From the IMG/VR virus record IMGVR_UViG_3300042456_000759: DNA of 64,000 bases; one strand, 5' to 3'. The stretch is from a virus. Taxonomy: Duplodnaviria; Heunggongvirae; Uroviricota; Caudoviricetes. Within the stretch, counting starts at the first letter, position 1. Each line of letters begins with the position of its first letter. The notes below the pieces were generated by a model. It saw nothing but the letters and a program-made list of their open reading frames with translations. It was not told where the DNA came from and searched no databases. A program made the position numbers and the translations under genes. Positions 9,201 to 18,200 of the stretch are shown here, one piece after another.

Positions 9201-12200
9201 GAAGATCTTCCAAAACCTAAACCAGTTACTGTTACTGAAAGTTCTCAAGAACCAGAAGATAATCCTGAAGAGAAAGTAGAACCTGTTGTTTCTACAGATG
9301 CTAAAGCTGATATAGAAAGAATAAGACAAGAGAATGACTCTTTAGGTAAATCTATTTTACAAAAATTAGGATATAAAAATGAAAATAGATTACCTAATGG
9401 TAATGTTAAAGGAGGGCAATCAGGTTGGAAAATAAGATTTAATATTAAATCTCCTACTGGTGGAAATTATTTTAATACTGGAAATAAAACTCTTGAAAAC
9501 GATAAACATTATAATGAGCAAGCACAAAAACTTGTTGATTGGTTAAATAGTTATTTTGGAACAAAGAGTAAAGGGAGTGTATCAGAAGCTATTAAAGGAT
9601 ATACCCTTTTTGGTTTTACTGATGAACATCCATCTAGCATATGGAAGTTTCTTTCAGGTGGTGAGCAGGGGGAATCTGATTTTACTATTTATATAGGAAG
9701 TGCTGATGATGTTTTGAAATTTGTAGAAGATGTTAAAAAGTCACCTATAGCTGATTTATTAGTTGCTGGTAATCAAGGCTCTGACGTTAATATTACACCA
9801 GATGGTATTTTTAAAGCAAGAATTGAAGGTTCAAAGATAGGATTTAGTGGTTATGGAGCACCAATAGATTTAAATGTAGTTACGGGAGAAGAAAATTTTA
9901 CTTTTGTTTTTGATGGGAGAAGAGTAAACATAAATTATGGTAAAACTAAAGGACCTAGTGATATTTCAATTACAGTAGAGGGAGGAAATTCAGAAGGAAT
10001 AAATTGGAATTATAAAGTAGTAGGAGATGATAACTTAAAGAAAGATTTTCCTGAACTTTATAAAAATATTAGAAATATAATAGGTTTTCAATTATATGGA
10101 GATTATTTACAAGGTAGTAATAACGAGTTTTTAAAATTAACAGGTGTAGATAAAATCAATGCTAAATATGATGCAGAACTAAAAGAATTAGAACAAAAAC
10201 CTATATCTACTACTCAATCTGAAATAGCAAGTAAAACACAAGATGAATTTGCTCAATATTTACAAGATAATCATTCAGATAGATTAAGTCAAGAGCAGAT
10301 TTATAAGTTACTTACTGTTAGACCAGAATTAAGAGAGAAAATGCTTAATGATAGTCCTGAAGAGTGGGCTAAAATATTTGAAAAGAATCAAGATTATAGA
10401 CAGCAAGCTAATAATGTTGATAATAATAAAGAAATGAGAGGAAATGCTAATCCTGCTTGGACAGGTATTAGTATTGGTGAAACTGCAAATCAAGAACAAG
10501 ATGGCAGACATAAAGGGTACGTAACATTAGATGTAAATTCAGCAAGGGAAATGGGTAAAAATCTTGAACAAACATTTAAGGATTTATACCAACTACTGAA
10601 AGATGCAGGATATAACGGGCATTTGAAGATGCCCGGAGTGTATAGTGATTTGCTTACAAGATTTGATAATATAGTAATACACGGTGCGACAAAAGGAGAT
10701 GTAAGTTTAGCATTGCCTATTATTGAACAATATTTTAAAGATAAGGGGCTAAATGTAGAAGGCACTAAAACAGGGATTGATGCTAAAGATTCAAATGGGA
10801 AGGAAACAAGTCATACTAATTTATTAGCTGAGAAGGTTAAAAATAAATCATTAGAGAAACCTATATCTACTACTCAATCTGATATAGAAAGTAAAACAAA
10901 AGAAGAATTATTTCCTATAGATTCTTTACATAAAGGAAAAGAGTCTGGTGACATCCTTAAAGTTATTGGTTATATTAAAGATGGTGTTAGATTTGAAATC
11001 CAAACCAAAGGAACTCTTAAACCTAAAAAAAATTTAATTATTTCTGAATTAAAGAGATTAATAATAGAAGGCAAACTAGCTGCTTTAGAACAACCTACAA
11101 ATGGAGATCCTGCATCAGGGGGAAAATCAGCTCAAAGACCACCTATACAAGGTCCTGTTGAATATGGTGATCCTGATAATGATAATAGTTCTTTAGAGGA
11201 AGAAGATTATAGAGCTGATGCTTCTAGGACTCCTTTAAGTCAAACTACTATATTTAAGACATATGGGGCTGATTTTAGAAATGGGAAAATCCAATTAAAT
11301 AATATAGCTAAATCATATTTTTATGATCAAATTCTAGATTTAAAAAAAGATCATTTCTTTTTACCTATTCCAGTTAGTTCTGAATTAGCATTATCAATTG
11401 TAAAAGATAAAGAAGGAGATTTTTATAAGGATTATAAAGCTAATCCTACTGATTTAATTTATTTACTTGTTGGGATAGACAATGACAATAATCCTATTGT
11501 ATATAATCTTCCTACTGGAAAAACTATTCCTGAACAAATACCATTAATAGATATTTTATCTAATAAAACTATTCCTACAGGATTAATTTATGATAAATCA
11601 TCTACTTTCCCTATTGATAGAATTACTGAAAAATTTTCTAGAACTGAAAAATATTCTACACAAGACATTGATAAAATATATAATAATTATATTTTAGGAT
11701 TAAATCAGATGGCTATAGATTCTCTATCTTTAGTAGAAGAATATAATAAAGACGTTATAAATGTAAATAAATTAAGAATTGCTGTTCAGAATAATTTAAA
11801 ACCTATTATTGGTATAACTCCAGGGGTTCAGGATGGTCGTGTATCTAAAGTAAAATATGAAAAATTATCAGAAGATTATAGTATTCATATTCCAACTTTA
11901 GAAACTGCTATTGAGACTAAATATCATGAATTAAAGTTAGGAACTGTTTATGCTTATCAAAATGGGAAATACACTAAGACTTTAAGAAGGAAGTTTAATA
12001 AAAACGAAGCTCAAGTTTTAGCTAATTTAATTAAAAAAAGTTTATCAGGAGAGATTCTTGAAACTTCTGAAGAATTATATTTAAAAAGTGTATTAAATTG
12101 GTTTGATAATTTAACAACACCAACAGCATATAATAAAAATTCTGTTGGAATAGTAAATGGTCAATTTATAGCTGCTCCTTATTTTGGAAATAATAATAAT

Positions 12201-15200
12201 CCTAAGTTAGGATTTACGTGGTCTATAGATGATTCTATGGATCGTTTAGTAGAATTTTTTTCATCTCATTATCCACATATTAATAAAACAAAATTAAATA
12301 CTGCATATCAATATTTTCAAGATAAAGAAACTGATACAATATATGAAAATTATGAAGAATATTTAATAGAGAGAGAAATTATAACAATTCCAACTCCTGT
12401 AAATGATAGATTACCTGTTAAAAGTAATAGACAATTAATATTTGATCCTCAGTTTGGATTTGATAACATTCAAACTAATGATGAGAAAAATATATATAGA
12501 ACAAGTAAAATTAAATTGATTAAAGATAATTTTACAGATCCTATGTCTATACAACATTTCTTTACAAACGATTTAAAGAAAACAACTCCATCAGAAGAAA
12601 AGAATGGGAATAAAATATATTATTTTAATAATATATATCTATCTATAGTAGGTCCTAATGATATATTATTAGCAGGTAATGTAAGTAAATATTTTGATAA
12701 TGATATATGGAATAATACTTCTATAAATGCAGCTCAAGTTACTAAAGATGAATTTGATCAAGATGTAATACCTTATGGTATTAAATTTAATTTAATGGTT
12801 ACTATTGATAGTAATGATGAAGTTACTATTAATATTGAAAAATTAAAGAAAAACGAATCAACTGAAGAATCTGAAGATCCTGGTACTGATGAAGTTAAAA
12901 ATGAAAGAGAATCTCCTGAAGAAACTCCTGAAGCTCAAAAAGAAACTTCTGAAAATGAAGAAGATGAGTCTTATGAAGATAGTGATGAGGGCATAGATGA
13001 GGAACCTCCATTTAGATTATTTACAGATAGTACAGATATAGAAAATATAGAAGAGTTCAAAGTATGGTTATCTGAAATATTACCTCAATTTTCTGTTCAA
13101 GTTAGTTCTGATGCTATTAAAGGTGTAGCTCAAGGAGCTTTGATTGGTAGTTTTATTACTTTATGGAAAAACGCAGGATCTGGTACAGGATATCATGAAG
13201 CTTTTGAAGCTGTGTGGGGTTATTTTATTGATAGTGATACTAAAGAAAAATTAATAAAAGAATTCAAATCTAAAGAAGGTACTTATAAAAATCCTTTTAA
13301 TAAAAAAACAGTTAAATATTCTGAAAGTACTGATAATGATGTCAAAGAGATGTTAGCTGAAGGATTTATTGATTTCATGAAAAATCGTAAATTACAACCA
13401 AAAGCACCTATTCAAAATAACTTCTTTTTAAAATTATTAGATTTATTAAAACGTTTATTTAGTAATATTAGTAAGATTTTTAAAAAATCTGAAAAAGAAG
13501 CTATTGATAATATTAATGATATATATGAAAAAATAGCATCTGGAAATTATTCTCAAGAAGTAATTAGTGATTTTAATTTAGGAATTCAGTTTAGACAACG
13601 TTTTGCAGCAGAAGATATAGATTTAAATCATGTACATTTATTTAATTCTATGCTTTATGATAGAGTTATGTCTTTATTAGGTTTTTCTAATATTTATGAT
13701 ATTATTGATAATAATATTGAAAATGATGTTACGACATCAGAATTAATAGGAAAACATATTATAGAACAAGGAAATGCATTATTAACAGAACTTCAATCTG
13801 AGTTCAAAACTAAAAAAATTAAAGGTTTTTCCTTTTTTGATGATAATTTTGAATTTAAAAATGATTCCTTAAGAAAAGAGTTATTAGAAAACGCTACTCA
13901 AGTCTTTTTACAAAAAAGTAAATTAGATTCTTTTGTAAGTATTGATAGTTTAGATGAAATGGAAGTATCTTCAAAAGAAGGTATAGTTCCTACAAATGAA
14001 ATAAATCCAACTTCTAATGTAAATAATGTTACTCGATTTCTTTTAAATAATTTAAAATATTATACTGCTAATGAAGCAGGTGTTTTACAACCTGCTGTTG
14101 TAAATACTTATTTTGGGAAAACAAGGGATATAACATTAACTATTAATAAAAAACCTGATTTTACTACTATTCAAACATTCTTATTAAATAAGCTAGCTAA
14201 TGTAGTTCCTTATTATAAAGATGGTCAAGAAGTAGCATTATTTGATGCTATGATGGAAAAGCTATCTCTTTATGAAAATAAAGAAACTTGGATTAAAGAT
14301 TTAAAATATAAATTAGGAATAGGATATAGTTCATTAAGTGATAATATTATCAAAATGAGATTAGCTTTTGTAACATCATTTAAAAATGCTGAATATGAAC
14401 CGATTGTGTTACGTAGTTCTGATAATGTTGTATATATGGAAAATCCTGTATATGAAAGTTCTCAAACAGCATTACTTGAAAGTTGGATAAGTAATGTACA
14501 AGATAAAGCTTCTTTAAGTTCTTCAGTTAATATTACTTTAAATAAAGATTTAAATAAAGGACAGGTTATTTTTCCAAAAAAAGGTTTAACAAATAAGTAT
14601 GAACAAAGAGACTATTTTAAAGATATTTTAGGTATTGATATTGGTGATCCAAAAGAAGATGAAATAATACAAGCTCTTGATACTATTTTAAGTATTATAA
14701 AATTTAGACAAGTTGTTATATTTGATGATTTAGTAAAAGATTACGCTCAATCAAGTTTTAGAACATTATCAAAATATATAGCATCAAAAGAATCAAGTTC
14801 TTCTAAATCTTATAAAAATTCAGATGGTAAAGCTGAATTTTCAATCATTAATCCTACTTTTATTTCTGACATTATTAATGTATATAATTCTGTAGATAAT
14901 TATAATGATTTTTTATTGTCTTATCCTCATTTTCATAATAACTTTGAATTAAAGCTAGGATTAAAAAATAATTATTTCCTTAAAAAAGGAGGATTTTTAT
15001 TTGATAAAAATGGACTTAAATATAAAAATTCAAAGATTACTTTAAAATTATTAAGTGGAATCCAAGATAAAACTAATGTTAAAGGGTTTTCTTTTTCTAA
15101 AATGTCTTTAGAAGATAAATTAGTTTTTAAAGCAGTTGCAGCTTTATCAGGTAATTATTCATTATTAATGAATTCTGATAAGAATATGGAAAATTCTTTA

Positions 15201-18200
15201 TCATTTAATGATAAATATTTACTAAAATCTTTAGATTTAAATCCTTCTTTCTTTTCTAAAGACTATAATTCAAGTTCTTCTTTAAATACAGAAGCTGTTA
15301 AAATCATAGAAAATTATTTCTTACCTCAACTTAAAGATGAGATTGACTTACTGTTTTCAAAAGATGCTTTAAACGTTCAATTTTTAAAAGATAAAATAAA
15401 AAATAAAGAACTTGGTTATTATCAAGATATTGTAAACTTTTCAAAAGAAGATTTTGAAAAGATTGCAAATGATTATAATTCAACTCAATCAGGATTATAT
15501 TCTTATTTACAATCTGCTATACCTTCTATCTATGTATATTTAAGAAATCAAATTGAAAATGATTATCAGAATTTATATAAAGCAGGATTCTTTAAGAATA
15601 TTGATGGTAGAGTATTAATATCTCGACAAATATTAAATTCTAAAGAAATTGAATTTATGAACCAGGGTTTAAACGCATATTTAGATTTTAAAGGTATAAA
15701 AGGAAAAGAACGAGAAAAGTATATTCAAAGAATTACTGGTAAAAATCAAAATACTAGTATAGCTAGTGGAAGATTAGCTAGTTTTTTCTTTAAAAAGATT
15801 GATGAAATATATATGATCTATGCTCAAGCTGGATATAAAGATATTACAGCATCTAATTTAGAACATATATTTAGAAAAATAGCTATTCAAGTTACTGTAA
15901 ATTACGAGATATATAATAAAGACATACAAGGATTTTTATATGGACCATTTAGTGCTTATAAAAAAGGAGATTTTGGTAAACGAGCAGGTTTCTTAGCTAG
16001 TTCTAAGCAAAGTCAAGATAATTCAATTACAATTAATAATCATTTAAATTTAACATCTAAAAGATTAGATGGAAAAAACAGAGATGGTTTATTATCTTTT
16101 GTCTCTTATAAAGATCCTATTGTCGTATCAGCAAGAATAACTTCTATTGCTGAAGATTTCTATAAAGTATTAAAAAATGATAAACATAGTCATGATACTA
16201 TTGAAAGACTTGTAGGAGCTAAATTTAAGAAAGATGGAACATTAAAAGAAATCACAGCTGAACCAGGTACATTATTAGCTCCTTATGAAGAATTAAAACT
16301 AGCAGATGCTCAAGCTTATATAATGTTAGATACATTTTATGATTTATTATATAAATCAGGAAAATTAACTAGATCTCAAAAAGTACATATTCAATATGAA
16401 ATGGCTTTAGAAAGAATAGAAAGATCTGAATTACCAAAAACTGATCCTGCTTATAGACCTTTAACAACAAAGCAAAAAGTTAAAGATTTAGAATTTATAA
16501 ACAATCCTCAAATTAAAAAAGAGGCTAATTCTGCTGTATTACAAGTTTTAAAACCTCAAGGATCTGGTTTTAATCAAAATAATTTAGATGTAGCTATTCC
16601 TATATTTTTAAAAAACTCAGTAGTTCCATTATCTTGGTCTCGTGTTAAAAATAATCCTATTTTACGAGATAAGTATATTACTTGGCAAAAAAATCAAATT
16701 GATTTAATTGGTTTTGAATCTGGTCAAAAAATAGGAGCTATTTTAAAAGATGGTAATTCTACTCCATTATATAATATTGATGGATTTAATGCTGAAATTC
16801 CTTTTATTCAAAAAATGAAATTTAATGATTTTGGTATTCAACAAGAAACTCCAAATGAATTTAAGAATTCTGTAAATAGAGGAGTACAAATTACTAAACT
16901 TATTGTAGGTAATTTATCTCATCATTTTAAAAATAAACCACATATTAAAGAATTAGTAGATGAATATTATGCAAACTTAAATGAACTTTATCAAAGAGGT
17001 TATGATAGTTTAATGAAGAAATTAGGTTTAAAATTAGAAGGAAATTATTACGTAACAGATAATTTATCAAATCTAGTAGAAACTTTATCTGAACAAGCAA
17101 AATTATTAAAATTACCAATTAATGTTAAAGACATGTTTGTTGTAGATAGTTCTACTGGGAAATTACCTTATAAATTTGATGCTTCTACAGAACGTCATAG
17201 AATAGAATATATATTGAATTCTATTTTAGATAGAACATTAATTCATCAAAAAGTTAAAGGAACTCAAGCTCCTCAGATATCTTCTGTATTTGAACAGTCT
17301 AATTTAAAACCATTATTTAAACGTAAAGGTATTTGGACTGAATATACTCAAGGAATGAAATTATCCGCAGATGAAGAAAAATCTATAAGATATTCATCTA
17401 CAGATTTAAAAATATTAGAAGATGGAACAATTGAAGTAAAAATACCTTCATATTTAAAAGGTTTAGTAAATCTCAATACTTCTAAAATAGATCCAGAATT
17501 ATTAGAATTAATAGGATATCGTATTCCTACTCAGTCATTCGGACAAGTAGAAAAAATTAAAATTGTAGGATTTTTAGATCAATCTTATGGTGATGCTATT
17601 ATTGTTCCAGCTGAATTAGTCGGTAAATCTGGATCGGATTTTGATATAGATAAATTAAATTTATATTTCCCACATTATTATAAGGATAAGCAAGGAAACT
17701 ATAGATATATTTCGTATTCTACATCTGATGAAGAATTAGGTTTACGATATAATAATTATATTAAATCAAATGAAGAGAAAGTTTATAGAAAATTAAAACA
17801 ATGGATATTTGATGCTATTAAAGACATGGCTTCAGATTTAAATATTAATTTAAATAAAGAAGATTTATCTAAGTTTTTTACTAAAAAAACATTTAGACAA
17901 TTACCTAATATTATCAAAGAAGAGTATTTTGATTTACAAGAAACTCTTCAAAATAGTGAAAGTAAAATATTAGAAAAAACAATAGCTCATATTCAAAAAA
18001 CTTCAGAATTAATTTCTGAATATGAAGAAGCTTTAGCTAATAAAGAAGAAATTGAATATGAAGATAAAGATGGAAATATAGTTATATCACCATTTGATGT
18101 ATTACCTTTATTATATACATTACAAACTGAATATGATACTTTATTAAATGCAGCTGGTTATAATCAAGATCAGATTGAGTTAATTCGTGAAAAATTAAAA

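Noticed and set aside
9291-11100. The RNAP insertions being inteins
   Set aside because: There is no N-terminal Cys/Ser block with a C-terminal His-Asn followed by C/S/T, and no LAGLIDADG motifs. The boundaries are repeated linkers instead.
12850-13010. Very acidic low-complexity stretch in the RNAP as a DNA mimic
   Set aside because: It looks like a disordered inter-domain linker before the zincin-like domain; nothing indicates a folded mimic.
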